From contig NW_027361889.1 of the NCBI RefSeq assembly GCF_039654945.1, positions 3,224,001 through 3,288,000 on the forward strand: a DNA stretch of 64,000 bases, in the 5' to 3' direction. A program made the translations under genes and the position numbers. The DNA comes from Dendrobates tinctorius. Taxonomy: Eukaryota. Numbering within the stretch: position 1 is the stretch's first letter; the number at the start of each line of letters is the position of its first letter. The notes under the pieces were generated by a model. It had not been told where the DNA came from. It saw only the letters and a program-made list of their open reading frames with translations, and did not search any database. Shown in pieces: positions 15,303-29,676 of the stretch.

Positions 15303-15611
15303 TTAATCTGAGAGCAGCATAACGTAGAGGAAACATCCCTGATATCAGTGATGTGTTACTTACCAGGCTACTTAGTGTATTTTTTTTTTATAACATCACT
15401 GTTTTATCAGCAGGAGATTATCATTGGAGCACCTCTTGGCCTGCTGCCAGGTAGTCTAACCACACCTCCACCACTGATTGCCAGCTCTTTGCCTATGCAA
15501 AGTATACACAGAAAGCTGCCAATCAGTGTTGTGGGCGGGGTTATGCAGTGCTCAACATTCAGAGAACTGCTAAGTCTGATTTTATCAAAACTTCAACAAG
15601 CAGCCCAGTAA

Positions 15612-16410
15612 TTAACATAGTAGAATAGTTATTAAGGTTGAAAGGAGACTTTAAGTCCATCTAGTTCAACCCATGTCCTATCCTAACTTGCCCTAACATA
15701 TTGATCCAGAGGAAGGCAAAAAAAACCCATGTGGCAAACAGTAAGCTTCACATTGGGGATAAAAAATTCCTTCCCAACTCCACATACGGCAATCAGACTA
15801 GCTCCCTGGATCAACGCAATATTAAGGAAACTAGTGTATATACCCTGTAATATACTTTTCAAGAAAGGCATCCAGTCCCTTCTTAAATTTTAGTAGGGAA
15901 TCACTCATTACAACATCATATGGCAGAGAGTTCCATAGTCTCACTGCTCTTACAGTAAAGAATCCGCGTCTGTGAGTATGCTTAAACCTTCTTTCCTCCA
16001 GACGTAGAGGATGCCCCCTTGTCCCCGTCACAGGTCTAAGAGTAAAAAGATCATTAGAAAGGTCTTTGTATTGTCCCCGCATATATTTATACATTGTAAT
16101 AAGATCACCCCTAAGCCTTCGAATCTCCAAACTAAATAACCCCAAGTGTAATAACCTGTCTTGGTATTGCAGACCCCCCAGTTCCCTAAGAACCTTGGTC
16201 GCTCTTCTCTGCACCCGCTCCTGTTCAGCTATGTCTTTCTTATACACCGGAGACCAGAACTGTACGCAGTATTCTAAGTGTGGTCGCACTAGTGACTTGT
16301 ATATAGGTAAAATTATGTTCTCCTCATGAGCATCTATGCCTCTTTTAATGCATCCCATTATTTTATTTGCCTTTGCAGCAGCTGCCTGACACTGGCCACT
16401 AAATGTGAGT
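15612..16410 (-). mobile_element. CR1 LINE 3' portion
   Basis: ORF 15831-16358: [35 protein letters not shown]. Confidence 0.9.
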
Positions 16411-16466
16411 TTGACACATCACTGGAATCAGGGTCTTTGCTCCTACATCATGCTGCTCTCAGATGG

Positions 16467-16846
16467 GTACAAAACCTACAAAAGACAAAATGAAAAATAC
16501 CCTGTTATAATTAAATAAGTAAAAAGCAAAAGTGCATTTAAATCATACAGAGTTCTTAGTAATACTGTATTTGATCCCCTGACTGGTGTCCGGTGGTTGG
16601 GACCCGGTCCTTGTCTGCCCTTATTCACACAGACGTCAACTTTGACACATGATAAGGTTATTAATACTAGACAGTGTAGGACCGCCCCGACCACAGAGTC
16701 ACATTGTCGATGGTGGGACGGCTTTTATGCTATGTTTGATCAAATACAGTATTACCAAGAACTCTGTATGATTCAAATGCACTTTTGCTTTTTACTTATT
16801 TAATTATAGCAGGTTTTTTTTCATTTTGTCTTTTGTAGGTTTTGTA
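16467..16846. mobile_element. Foldback/MITE with ~110-bp AT-rich inverted arms
   Basis: 16467-16577 is the reverse complement of ~16738-16846. Confidence 0.6.
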
Positions 16847-18543
16847 TGCTTTTTGGCCATGTGAACATGCAAATTTATATGCTGCATGTGTACCAACTCA
16901 AACCAAGCTCAATGTTTTTTTTTTTTTTTGCTCTCAGATGGGGTAGCCAAAACAGGTGACAGGATGGTGCACCATTCCACAACATAGAGGTATGTGACAA
17001 GATGTATCAGCAGCCTATTAATGGTATTTTTACATTTTTGGGGGGATCAGGGTCAGTCCCGTCAGTTGGTTGCATAGGAATCAATAAGTTATCCCTTACC
17101 CTATGGTCAAGAGAGAGCTTACAGTCTTAGGGCAACCCCTATAATAGCTGCATGAGTATGCAATGTGTATATGGACGACATCAATCATTGTGTGTGAAGG
17201 CTGCTACTGTATCTCTAAAGCCACGTTCAGTATTTTACATTGGTATTTATAAGCAAAAACCAGGAGAGGAACAATCAGAGGAAGAGTGTGATAGAAACTC
17301 GTCACCACTTCTGTATTTATCACCCACTCCTGGTTTTGGCTTACAGATACTGATGTAGAATACTGACCAAATACTGACCGTGTGACATGGTCTTTGGCTC
17401 TGAATCTACGCCAGGGCTATAGTACCAGGAGCTTTTCTTACTTTGTTTCTTTTTCTTTCCTTCGTTGCATCTCACTGCCCGCAGGGATCCGGCGTTGATT
17501 GTTTTCCCCCTTCTGTGTGATGTTTCAGATCCGTAATGTATAACCCTCCAGTCTTCCCCCATGTGAATGAACGCCGGCCCTGGTGTAAGCGGTGTGCTTT
17601 AACCCTTGTAATTAATTCATCAGGAGCACAGAACTGAAGTAAAGTACGCTTTATTGCATCGCTCTCAGAATGGTGGAACCGCGCCAGCAGCAATAAAGAT
17701 ACTTGGCAAATAGCGGTCTTTCTACGTCAGCGGGATTTACTACTAAACTAGAAATTCCCTTCAAAGCATCACATAGTATATCTGTGCTGAAAATGACAGC
17801 AAATGCTAAGCCGTACTCAGAAATTAATGTGCCCCTCTAAATCCAATCTTCCACTTTATCTGACACTGGACATAGGTGTACGAACCATTCCTGCAGGAGA
17901 AATCCTAATACAGCGCTCCGGCGGTCCCATAGGGAATGAATGGAATCAAGGCTGGGAATGGTTCCCCACAAATCTAAACGTGTACTTCTTCCAGCCGGAC
18001 AACCCCTTTAAGCAAGTATCCTATATAGACTAAGACTGATTTCCTACAAGGTCTGTTTGCATCCTATAAAACTATAGGATTATATCTGTTTTGCATATGC
18101 CCAATTCTGACATTGTAGGATCACATGGAGTTGAAGTCTAAAGCCCCCCATACACAATAGACCACTTTCTGCCGCACCTGCAGATATCGATGGATTTGTC
18201 CGACACTTTAATGCACATGGGGTTGCTGGGCATCTGATTATTGGGGGAGATGATGATCGGACATGTCCGATTTTGGACTGATGATCTCCCGGAGATAAGC
18301 CGCCAACAGAGATGTCTGGTGGTGGCCTTCTCATACGGAACACAGGAGCGCTCGGCTGAACAATCGCTCCTCTGTATTGGAGAGACGACCAAAATGGCTG
18401 TTCACCGAATGATAAGCAGAAGTATAGTTCGGCCGACAGCTGCACTAATTCTGCTGATTGTGATGACACGTTGTTTTAATTTTTGGCAGGTTCCGTTTTG
18501 CCTTGGAAACCTTATGTCCATACAAATAACTATATAAATCCAT

Positions 18544-20745
18544 ACATTGTGCGCACGAATTTTAAGCAATTTGTATTTTTGATGAATAATTAATGATTAA
18601 ACAACTCCAGTGCTGTCAGTCAGTCCAAAAGCTTAATAAACCTGAATATTTAAGAAAGTAAAAGTAAGGTTTTGTCTTTCTTAGTAGAATCTCTATATGT
18701 ACAGGATTATCAGGCAACTATCGGTGTGCAGAATTGTTATGCAACTAAAAGCAAATTTTCCATCTCAATTGTTATTCTCATCTGTTAAAGTGAGAAAAAG
18801 AACCAAACAACTCAAAATACACAAAGATTCATTTCTGACATTTCCTAAAAAATATCAGTGATCAATATACCCCCTTCTTATCAATTACAGGCATGAGCTC
18901 CATCTGTATATTAATCAGTGGTGGTCCAGTTTCTAGAAGCCTTCCTTACCTCGGCCGTGTCTCTAAGCACTGAAAATCTTGACTTCTGTGTCTTGCTCAG
19001 TGGTGGTCCGGTTTCTGCCTTCCTTACCTTGGCCGTGTCTCTAAGCACTGAGCCCCTTGTAACTTCTGTGTCTTGCTCAGTGGTGGTCCGGTTTCTGCCT
19101 TCCTTACCTCGGCCGTGTCTCTAAGCACTGAGCCCCTTGTAACTTCTGTGTCTTGCTCAGTGGTGGTCCGGTTTCTGCCTTCCTTACCTCGGCCGTGTCT
19201 CTAAGCACTGAAAATCTTGATTTCTGTGTCTTGCTCAGTGGTGGTCCAGTTTCTGCCTTCCTTACCTCGGCCGTGTCTCTAAGCACTGATCCCCTTGTAA
19301 CTTCTGTGTCTTGCTCAGTGGTGGTCCGGTTTCTGCCTTCCTTACCTCGGCCGTGTCTCTAAGCACTGAACATCTTGTACTTCTGTGCCTTGCTCAGTGG
19401 TGGTCCGGTTTCTTCCTTCCTTACCTCGGCCATGTCTCTAAGCACTGAAATTCTTGACTTCTGTGCCTTGCTCAGTGGTGGTCCGGTTTCTTCCTTCCTT
19501 ACCTCGGCCATGTCTCTGAGCACTGAACATCTTGTACTTCTGTGCCTTGCTCAATGGTGGTCCGGTTTCTTCCTTCCTTACCTCGGCCGTGTCTCTAAGC
19601 ACTGAACATCTTGTACTTCTGTGCCTTGCTCAGTGGTGGTCCGGTTTCTTCCTTCCTTACCTCGGCCGTGTCTCTGAGCACTGAGCCCCTTGTAACTTCT
19701 GTGTCTTGCTCAGTGGTGGTCCGGTTTCTACCTTCCTTACCTCGGCCGTGTCTCTAAGCACTGAACATCTTGTACTTCTGTGCCTTGCTCAGTGGTGGTC
19801 CGGTTTCTTCCTTCCTTACCTCGGCCGTGTCTCTGAGCACTGAGCCCCTTGTAACTTCTGTGTCTTGCTCAGTGGTGGTCGGGTTTCTGCCTTCCTTACC
19901 TCGGCCGTGTCTCTGAGCACTGAACATCTTGTACTTCTGTGTCTTGCTCAGTGGTGGTCCGGTTTCTACCTTCCTTACCTCAGCCGTGTCTCTAAGCACT
20001 GAGCACCTTGTACTTCTGTGTCTTGCTCAGTGGTGGTCTTGTTTCACCCTTCCTTACCTCAGCCGTGTCTCTGAGCAATGAACATCTTGTACTTCTGTGT
20101 CTTGCTCAGTGGTGGTCAGGTTTCTTCCTTCCTTACCTCAGCCATGTCTCTGAGCACTGAGCACCTTGCACTTCTGTGTCTTGCTCAGTGGTGGTCAGGT
20201 TTCTACCTTCCTTACTCGGCTGTGTCTCTGAGCACTGAGCACCCTGTTCTTCTGGGCTCCAGAGAGGTGGCAGTTCTGGACTATGATAGCACCGGAGGAT
20301 AATGGATTCCTGGTCACTCCACATTTGATCCTTTCTAACATCTTTTGTGTCTCTTTATCTAAACCTGTTTTTTGTGATCCTGTTGACTACTTGCAACAAA
20401 TCTTTTGATAGCTCTGTGATCACTCCCCAATATCTTAGCAATTTCCAGAGTGCTGCATCCTTCTGTAAGACTTTTCATAATTTATGACTTGTCTCCTTTT
20501 TGGCCCATTTTGCCTGAAGAAAACTAGCAGCCCAATAATTCTGCCCACCTTGATAAAGGGTGTTATTATTATTAGGAACCCACATAATGCCTGGATTTAT
20601 TGTGAGTGACAATATTTATGGAATAAAAGTTTTTTTAATATTTTAATTAAGAATCGGCTGGAAAATTGTCTATTTGTTATAATTAGGCCTCATCCCCCTC
20701 TTTACACAAATACACATCGTTATCACCTAATCTGCTTCATCCAAG
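18544..20745 (-). mobile_element. Decayed Tc1 remnant hosting an expanded minisatellite (boundaries approximate)
   Basis: IR/DR-like left end; minus strand near 20240-20340 resembles a Tc1 DNA-binding region (PLSS..IVQNC.L..PRRT.CSVLRD). Confidence 0.55.
18916..20250. repeat. 79-80-bp minisatellite, ~17 copies
   Basis: Visible array CAGTGGTGGTCCGGTTTCT...TGTGTCTTGCT. Confidence 0.92.
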
Positions 20746-23499
20746 GCTAAACATATGAAGCCATTTTTGCATAGAAATGAACAGGTCCATTCTTTTCAGT
20801 GCTTTGGAGCATTTGTTTTCTTGGTTTACAAAGGAAAAGTCACAGTGTGAACAGACCCTATTATATTGTATGTGAATGCCTATTTACAAAGGTGACAGAT
20901 CTTTTAGGCTATGTAAAGGATGTGATCAGTTGCTTGTTCTTTGGCTGACATGTTTAAATAAGATTAGGCCACTGCTGCATCCAGCTCCTTTGGTTCAAGA
21001 TCAGCAGAGAACAAATCAGGAAATCAGGGGACATTGGTTTCTTAACAACCAATTCAGCTTTACTAAACAGCCTGAGTTGAAATTGATCACAAAGCACAGT
21101 ATGTTTCCATGTTTTCTGAATATGCAGCCTGAGCTATCCCTTTGCCTACTGGCTCCTTGCGCCCCAGGATACCTTGTCCGGCTCCGCAGCACTCACAAGA
21201 CCCGTCCTGTCTCCCTTCGGCTTTTCTCGTCTGGTTTCCACTTGTTAGAAGGGAATAAGGCACACTTCCCAGTGTCTAGTTTCGGGCAGTAACCCCTGGA
21301 CGTTACAGGAATGTCTGTTGAAGACAGTCATCGATGTTCTCATACTGCCAGAACAGTGTGTACTTCTAGTGCTCTCCAGCACTCTGGCCTCGAACTCTTA
21401 CTAAAACTTTACCTATCTCTCAATCTAATCTAACCAGGAAGTGCTCCCCTTTTTATATAACCAACCCCCTCCCACGCTGGAATAGTCCCAAACATATTAA
21501 CTGTATCTAACCCTGTGCACTACTTCCTGCAACTAATATGCCCACCTCTATGTGTTTCTTTTCCTAATCTGAACTATAAACCCTATATGATACCTTATTT
21601 TCCTAAACCTACCTCTATTCTCTCCCTACACACCACACATTAATAACATTATAAATTAATTACCATACATTAGAAGAACCGCATGCATTAGTGCCTATAA
21701 GGTTCCATGCACTTTACATTTTACACTGCTAAGAAAATGCAATTAAACCACATATTTAAATATAATTGTTCTTGCAGACGTTGTTTTCAGGGGGGAGAGG
21801 TGTATGACGGTTCCCTGTCACACCCTTACAACATATAGGCTACATCCCGCAAAAAGATGAAAATAATGTGCAACAACAAAAATATGTAATTAAAAAAAGC
21901 ATCAGGTAATAGTTGATATCTTGGCCCAAATGCACAATCCCGCAATCTATGGGCCCTTAGTGTTGACTGAGGGCAAATTTTGTCTATCTGCACTCTTATG
22001 TAAGTACTTGGCAACTCATCTGATCGGATAGGCTGTAATAAGCTGGCAAGGTGCACTATATGTACCTGTGTGAATGGCGCCCTATACAAGCCTCATCTGT
22101 ATGCATTGATATACTAGGCGACCATTTCCCACGGGTGGTCGTGGTGTGAGTGGTCATTTATCAGTATTTTGCACCAGTGTGACCCCAGCCTTTATCACAA
22201 GCATTAGCATTCTGTAAATATGGCGGGTTTTTTTTTCTCTTTTTTTTTCCACAGACCCCTTGACCCGCATTGCCGGTTTTGATCCAACACTCAGATCAAA
22301 ATCGGACATGTCTTTGTTTTTTTTTTTTCGTGGACCACTCGGTTGAAGGAAAAAGTGTTGGTACCCCGTAAAATATCATAGGTACGAGTGCTGAAAACCA
22401 CAAATAGCACTTGTCCGAGAAAATCGGTTGTGTGCAGGATCCCTTTCACTGAGTGGCTCCTAACTGCTCATTTTAGGGGATTTTCAGTCTGAGGTTTTTG
22501 AGGGTTTTTTTTTTTTTAGCAGAAACTGATCAGAACTCTCCAAATCCTCCATCAAAGGAGAGCGGAAATTCAAAAATTTTGAGCCTGACTTTTTCAGGCT
22601 GGCATCCACTTGAAAAGGCGCCACGTAAAGGGGAACATAGTGCAAACCAATGGAAAAACCACACGGCTGTGCACACGTCTTAGGTCACTTCTACTTACCG
22701 CCTCAGGGTACGGAAGTGTTAAAAAAAATTGAGGTGTTTATTCTTTGGGTAGCTTCACTTTGGAAACAGTCCGCTCTTCTAGGGTGCAAGACCCCGGGAG
22801 CGAAGCCCCCATTGATCAGGCGAAAATATCTGTGCGCCCCAAACTCCGTCCAAGATGGAGGACATAAAAAAAACAACAGGTCGCTTATTTTGCTTCCTGG
22901 GAAGGTGATAAATGCTAAGGTTCCTTCCTTCCCCCGTCCTATCCGTACGGTGTCACAGCCCCCCGATGACTGGCCTTAGGTGGTCACACAGTGCACGCCG
23001 CACGTAACCGCATAAGGCTGGGTGATAGTCCTATATTTTATACATATATTTTTATTAACCCCTTCCTGTCATGCTTTGGCGTATATTCCCAGAAATTTGA
23101 GCGCCGCTTTTAGTCAGACACAGGATGGAATCTGGTGGTTGAATCAAATTTCGGACGATTCGCTCATGACTTATCTTTGACCCCTTTATCGCCCCTGACT
23201 ACCAGGTTTGTGACCGTAATGATGTGGGGAGGCAACACGGCAACAATTCGTGTGACCCCTATTTTTTTCGTTAAGGAGTCTTATGGGCGAACAGTGACAG
23301 AAAATGGCAGCCATTTGTCATCCTCAATGGATGGGTAATGTGTAAACCGGCTACAGAGAGGCCATACACGGTAAGAAGGGGTGGTATCCCCACATGTGCG
23401 GGGTATTATTGTTATGGCCGGACTTTCCTCACACGCCCGCCCCCTCATCTGTTACATTGTGCTCCTGTGAGACCGCGCACATAGCGCCGGAAGGGGGGT

Positions 23500-23650
23500 A
23501 TGTTTCCCCGCCTTTTCTAATCCACCAATCACCGTTCGCCTCTCTGGCCAACAGCCAATCACCATCCGCTCCCAGGGAAACAAAGGCGACGAATCGGCGG
23601 GGGTGACGTGGCGCAGACTATATAAAGCGGGTTGGCGGGCGCAGGCGGAC
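23500..23650 (+). promoter_or_regulatory. H3.3 promoter
   Basis: CCAAT at 23525 and 23555, CRE-like TGACGTGG at 23604, TATATAAA 23619-23626, at the start of a CpG island. Confidence 0.8.
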
Positions 23651-23704
23651 GTTGTTACTCCTCGCCTCGTCGGTTGTGTTGTTTGCGTGCTCCGGGATCG
23701 CTCG
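23650..23704 (+). other. H3.3 non-coding exon 1 (start approximate)
   Basis: About 30 nt downstream of TATA; CG|GTAAGT donor; vertebrate H3.3 genes have a 5'UTR exon. Confidence 0.7.
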
Positions 23705-25899
23705 GTAAGTGGCTCTTTACGGCCTCCTCTCTCCGCTCACCTGGTAACTCTTTGTGGCTGTTTGGTCGGCGGGGTGTGAGTTTTCTGGGCTTATCTTAGT
23801 GGTGGTGACGGCATTGTACCGATTCGGTATGTTACCGTTATTATCCGGTAAGCGCCATTTTTTTGACGGTTAGTGACGTCAGCAGTCGTTGTTGCAGTGA
23901 CGGGAGAACCTTGTAGTTGTCGGTTTTTCGGTGGAAAGGTCGGGCGGTAAGTTCACCCCTCCCCCACTAATTTCCCGGAGCTCGCCGGGCGCCATGTTGT
24001 GTCGTCGCTTGAGGGAGAAGAGACAGGACGTGAGGAGAAGCGGCCGTGTAATGGAGGCCGGGGTGAGCGGGGCCCCGCTGTGTGCCGCCCCCGCCGTGTG
24101 TGGCGGCGATCGCCCGGGCCCGGACCCGGCGGCGGTGGTGGCAGCTTCTCCTTCTCCTCCGCTCGGTAACGGCTCCCGCATTTTTCCTCCCTCCCTGGTG
24201 AGGACTGACAGCCCCACAATGAAGCCCTCCATGCCCGGCCGCTGTGCTGCTGGCGCCATTGCAGTAAATGGAGGCTCTTCTGTCCGCGGTGACGGAGTCC
24301 TGCTCTCTTCTCTCATTTCTGCAATTGTTGTTTGTGTGGATATTTTTTTGTGGTTGATAAAGATCACATAATGGCGGGTGTTTGAGGTGCAGTGCGCGCA
24401 GCGGCCGCCGGGGGCAGAGCAGAGCACTACTATGACTGCGACATGTGCTGCCACAGGCTGATCTCTGCGGAGGAAGGGGTTAATGAGCGGCAAAGGGGGG
24501 GGTCCAATTTAGATCTGGGTCAAGAGGGAAAGCTGTTTTTTTATTTTTTCCCTCTCCTTTAGGCTGTGGGCCCACGTAGCGTTTTAAAACGCTCACTAAA
24601 AACCGGACTCCTTCCCAGAAATCACGTTTTTTCCATGCAGTTTTTTCCGTGCGATTTCGCAGCGATTTCACCGTGACTTTCAGTTGCGATATTCAAGCAC
24701 TTTGAATTTGAAGCATCACTTGGAAAGTGATTGACAGGTTGGTCACACTCGTCAAACATAGTGTTTGACAAGTGTGACCAGGTATTTACTATTGAGGCTG
24801 CCTATGCGGCATCAGTAGTAAAAGATAGGATGTTAAAATGCTAAAAAAAAATAAAAAATCGGGGTATATTTACCTTCCGGCGTCCTGCGCTGCATTCCTG
24901 GGCCTCAGCGTTCCCAGTAATGCCTTGTGAGACCTGTGATGACGTAGTCTCGCGTTGCTATAGCGATCTTGCGAGACCGCGTCATCACAGGACCTTGCCC
25001 AAGGCATTACTGGGAACGCTGAGGCTGGGAATGCAGCGCGGGACACCAGAAGGTAAATATACCCCGATTTATTTTTAATTTTTTTTTTTTACAGCGGTAT
25101 GGTACGGAATACCATAGGAATGCATGGGGTGCGTTCTGTACACGATTTTTAAGCGTTTTCGTGCCGAAAATCGCAGCAAAAACGCTTAAAAATCGCTACA
25201 TGGGCACATAGCCTTAGTCATTATTTGTCATCTCCTCTGGGTCACATGATTTGGCATGTGGCTTATGGACAATTAAGATTTAACTTTAAGGTTAATATCC
25301 CCTTCCTGGTGATAACAATCATGTGCAACAGGTCCATCTGGCATAATGGGCTATTGCCACCTCTCCACTCAGGATAAGCCTGCATAGGACTGTGGGCAGC
25401 AATCAAGTTACCAATTACTCTTTGGATGCGGCATCCTTCTATGTAAGATTTAGGGTACCGTTACACCTAGCTATCGCTAGGTGGTCGCTAGTGAGCTGCC
25501 ACACAGGCAGATCTCACCAGCGACATAGCGGTCGCTACTTACCTGTCAGACGCGGCGATCCTGCATCCTCCCGCCTGGCTCCACGCGTCGCTCGTCGGCA
25601 CCGCAGGAAGTGACCAACGAGGAATGGTCCAGGAGCTTCTCGCGCAATCAGCGATAACCAGCGGGGGAGCCGGTTGGAGGGTAAGTATCAACGTCACAAA
25701 ATCGGGGGCTTTACTTGGTCATCACCGACCTCTTGCACCAAATTTTTCAATTTGGTGCATACTGTTTGATGTGGAATTGTGCAATTTTTTTTTTTACTTT
25801 TTGCAGTTTCCATGGCTTTTTGTAAAAAACAAACAAAAACTAACCTTGTATCAGATTGAAATCTTTACTACCAGGCAGGGACTTGGAGTGACTTTTTAA

Positions 25900-26991
25900 C
25901 CTTTGTCAGGCTGCATAATTTTACAACATTAACAGGCTGCAGAGGTACAATTGTACCTTCATATGTACCTCCATTGTGGGAAGACTTTCTCCTTTACTTG
26001 GTTTCAGAAACTAAATTTCATTCAGCTACAAATGTTATGCTGATATCTATTGGCCAGTGTTGTTACTGCTCACTTATGTTGCTGTTAATTAAGTTGATTC
26101 AAACTGGGAGTGGCTTCTACTTCTCTTCCTGCCTTCCTCCTCTCAGTAGTCATTTTGCTGTTCATCTCATTACTGTGAGCACAAAATGTTGGGAGAGTAC
26201 ACTGTGAAACGACAAACATTACGTTGGCCTCTGGCATTTTTCTACAATATGATTGACGTCACTGTTTGCATCCTACATCATCTACAGAGAACACAATCCA
26301 AGCTTCAGGACAAAGGATCAACGAAGAAAGTTCCTGTAAGATCTTGCAAATCAGCTGTGTATGCCTGCAATTGAAGATCATAGTACAAACCAAATGATGA
26401 GAAACCATTTTCTTCAAGGTGCAGTAGAAATGGTGCTTGGACGATGCATTCTGGTAGCATCGCAAGCAGCAACTGGCCCTCAAATACCTCATGGTAGTCG
26501 TGGACCCTCCCCTGTTGGTAGTTGCTATGTCTGCTGAGACCTGAGGTGAAGACAACATAAGACTAGAAAGTCTAGTGTGGTTTGTGTGAAATCCATTTGC
26601 GATGAACACTCGTTAGCAAAGACAACATGCATTACTTGTGAAGAAAATCAATAAAAAATTTCTTACATTTTCTTTTATAATTTAAATGAACAGTTTTTTT
26701 ACTTGTTTATAATATAGCTTCATTAAAAAAATATTCTTTTTTCCTTGCATTATCTTCATTCAAAATATGAGGGTACATTGTACCTATGCAGCTTGTTATG
26801 GATGCAAAAATATCTTGACCCCCCCCTTATCTCGGAAGGGGGTGGAGATATTTTATTGAAACTTGGCCAATATATTGTGGACCAAAACTGCAGAGATGTC
26901 ACAAAATTTCAGCCCTCTACAGCTTTTCGAAAAAGTTATTGCAACTTTAAAACTGAATAGGTACAATTGTACCTACTCAGCTGGATGAAGG
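25900..26991 (+). mobile_element. piggyBac internal-deletion derivative in H3.3 intron 1
   Basis: TTAA at both ends, CCTT/AAGG termini, subterminal palindrome AGGTACAATTGTACCT at both ends, remnant YTVKRQTLRWPLAFFYNMIDV and Cys-rich C-terminus. Confidence 0.8.
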
Positions 26992-27324
26992 TTAAAACTT
27001 TCTGTCTAAAACCTCTGGATAAAGAGAGTTGGGGTAAAATCAATACTTTAGTGTGGAGGGAACTTGAGTGGTGCTGGCTGTATAACATTTTTTTTTTTTT
27101 TTCTTTTACACCTAGTGCCTTTTAAAGGGAACCTGGTGACTGATACATCCTGCCTAATCCACAGACACAATGTACTGTCAGACAGGCTGCAGGATCTCTG
27201 CCATGTATGTTTCCATGCAAACATTTTCTTACTACATTTCAGAGAAAATGCTTGAAGTGGCTTGTCCAGGATAACCACTTCATAAGTTAAATGTTCAGCC
27301 CTGATAAAAAGCCTATACTCCCCT

Positions 27325-27936
27325 CAGGGCTGTGGAGTCGGAGTCTGAGTCGGTGCTCAGGCTGTGGAGTTGGAGTCGGTATAAAATGGACCGACTCCGA
27401 CTCCTAAAATACATAATAAATTGGGTACAGTAGTTCATTGCAGAATGTGCTGAATATTTTTTCATAGGAGTTTGGGAAAGTTATGAAATGTTCTATAAAT
27501 GGCTGTTCTATTCCTGATCTAAGGCTACATTCACGCACAGCGTTTTTCCTGTGTTTTTTGAGGATACGTTTTTCAGCTGCAAAAGCTGATCATCTTTTTA
27601 AAAAACTGCATCACCTGAAAGGTTTTTGAGCTCATAGATAATGTTACTCAATAGCAAAAGCAGATTAGAAATCTGCTCTATCTATCCATTTATCCATATC
27701 TGTCTATCCATATCGTATCTGTACCAAAGAATGAAAACTGGGTAGTACACCAATATATATTCTGTTCTAAATATCTTGATTATTGGATCATAAAAATGAT
27801 TAAATGTCTGAGGTTCACATTGTACTACAATAAATTTTTCACTTAAATATAAGCAATATGTGTGGGAGTTGGAGTCGGTGTAAGGGAAATTGAGGAGTCG
27901 GAGTCGCAGGTTTGGCTTACCGACTGCACAGCCCTG
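27325..27936. mobile_element. hAT MITE
   Basis: TIR CAGGGCTGTG/CACAGCCCTG; perfect 8-bp TSD ACTCCCCT. Confidence 0.85.
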
Positions 27937-29643
27937 ACTCCCCTCCTGTGCTGGCTTTGTTCCGGCAGTGTCATCACTTGCCATGCAGCAGAATGACACG
28001 TGACGCCGGGCTCCTAATAAGCACTGGTGTCACTAAACTCCATGTGAAGGGGAAGTCCAGGATGAGCTGGCTGCCTGGCTTCCCCCTTCATGTTCAGTTT
28101 GTGTGGACAGTGACTTGGTGTGAGCCCAGTGTCCAATTGGCGCTGGAGTCAGTCTCTTCTTCTGGACATATTAGTAATCAAGGGGAAGTGAGGACAACAA
28201 TACCTCCCACTTCCTCTTATTGCATATACATCCAAAGGTGGGGGAGGGACAGTGACACCAGTGCTGATTGAGCATCCGGCTCGTGTCATAACTACATAGG
28301 AGGTAAGTATGCAGCTACAGCATTTCTGCTAAAAACACATGGTTGAAATTGTGTACCCAGTATCTGTGTGCCTTTTCTTGCCTCCCTCTTAAAGTGGATT
28401 TTTACAATTAACAGATATGTTGATGCTGTATTATGGGTTTTGCTCTACTTATGTAGACTGCCCTGGAGAGGTCCTCAGATCTCTGACAGCTGATGTAAAC
28501 AGTGGTGTAACATCGCCCCTCCAGCACAAGGTTTAGTTGCTGTTATCAGGCAGCTGCTACTCAAAAAAATTGACACGAACTCAAATTCATTCTTCATCTA
28601 ACTTAAATGTGTTAAACTTTTTTTCTCTTTGGCTTTTCTCTTTTCTGGCTTACACCCAGTGGCTTCATTTTTCCTATGGACAGTGCCAGAGTTTTCTACT
28701 CCATGTATAGCTATTGAAACATGTGCTATATAATACCAGTGTGGCCACTGAACAGTTTATCAGGACTCTTCCAGAAGTGATCACTGATCTGATTACTTAT
28801 TCCAAGTATAGTCAAGCAGACATTGTAAAGAGTTTTTTGTTTGTCAATCCCTGCTCCTTAAAAGGAGCTCTTGACATTAAGCAGTTGGTGTCCCCCTGCT
28901 GCTCAGCTGCAAGATGTGGCAGTCTGTAGGATACCTCTAGATTTTCTGCAGTTACTAATTAAGGGTAAAGGTCTGTCCCTTAACACTTATCCTTAAAATG
29001 TCATATGTCACTATGCTCTGCTGTATTGTATATTCCCCATGTGACTTATCTCCAGTTTCTTGATGTCAAATGATCTTTGCAGCCATTCTACACTGCAGCT
29101 GAGGAGACACTATTGAACTCAACTATGAGGTTATGTGCACATGTTGCAGAATTTCTGCAGGAATTCTGTAATTCCATTTCGTGAGAGAACCGCACTTTAA
29201 TTCCTGCCTATTTCTCATGGAAAATCTAGCGATTTGCATAATCGTCTTGCAGAATGCTAGCGTTTTCCAAGCGCTGTAGCATCGCTTTGATAACTGACAG
29301 GTTGGTCACACTTGTCAAACATATTGTTTGACTAATGTGACCAACTTTTTACTATTGAGGCTGCCTTTGCAGCATCAGTAGTAAAAAGATCTAATGTTAT
29401 AAAAAAAGGATAAAAAGTGGGTTTTCTCTTTCTGACGTCACGCGCAGCGTTCCCGATCATTGCGATGCTCCTGGCAGCAGCATGGCAGGTCCTGTTCCCT
29501 GTGATGCATTGTGACAATTCCCTTTGATGGTCTTGTGAGACCACGACATCAAAGGTCATTGTTGCAATGCATCACTGGGAATGGGACCTGCCGGGAGCAT
29601 CGCTGAGGCCTGCTGATGCTGTGAGGGACATTGTAAGGTGAGT

Positions 29644-29676
<33 letters not shown>

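Noticed and set aside
20912-21820. Solo LTR
   Set aside because: TG...CA-like ends but no target-site duplication or second LTR found.
23879-24493. ORFs in the H3.3 CpG island
   Set aside because: GC-rich intron 1 sequence, open on both strands, no recognisable domain.
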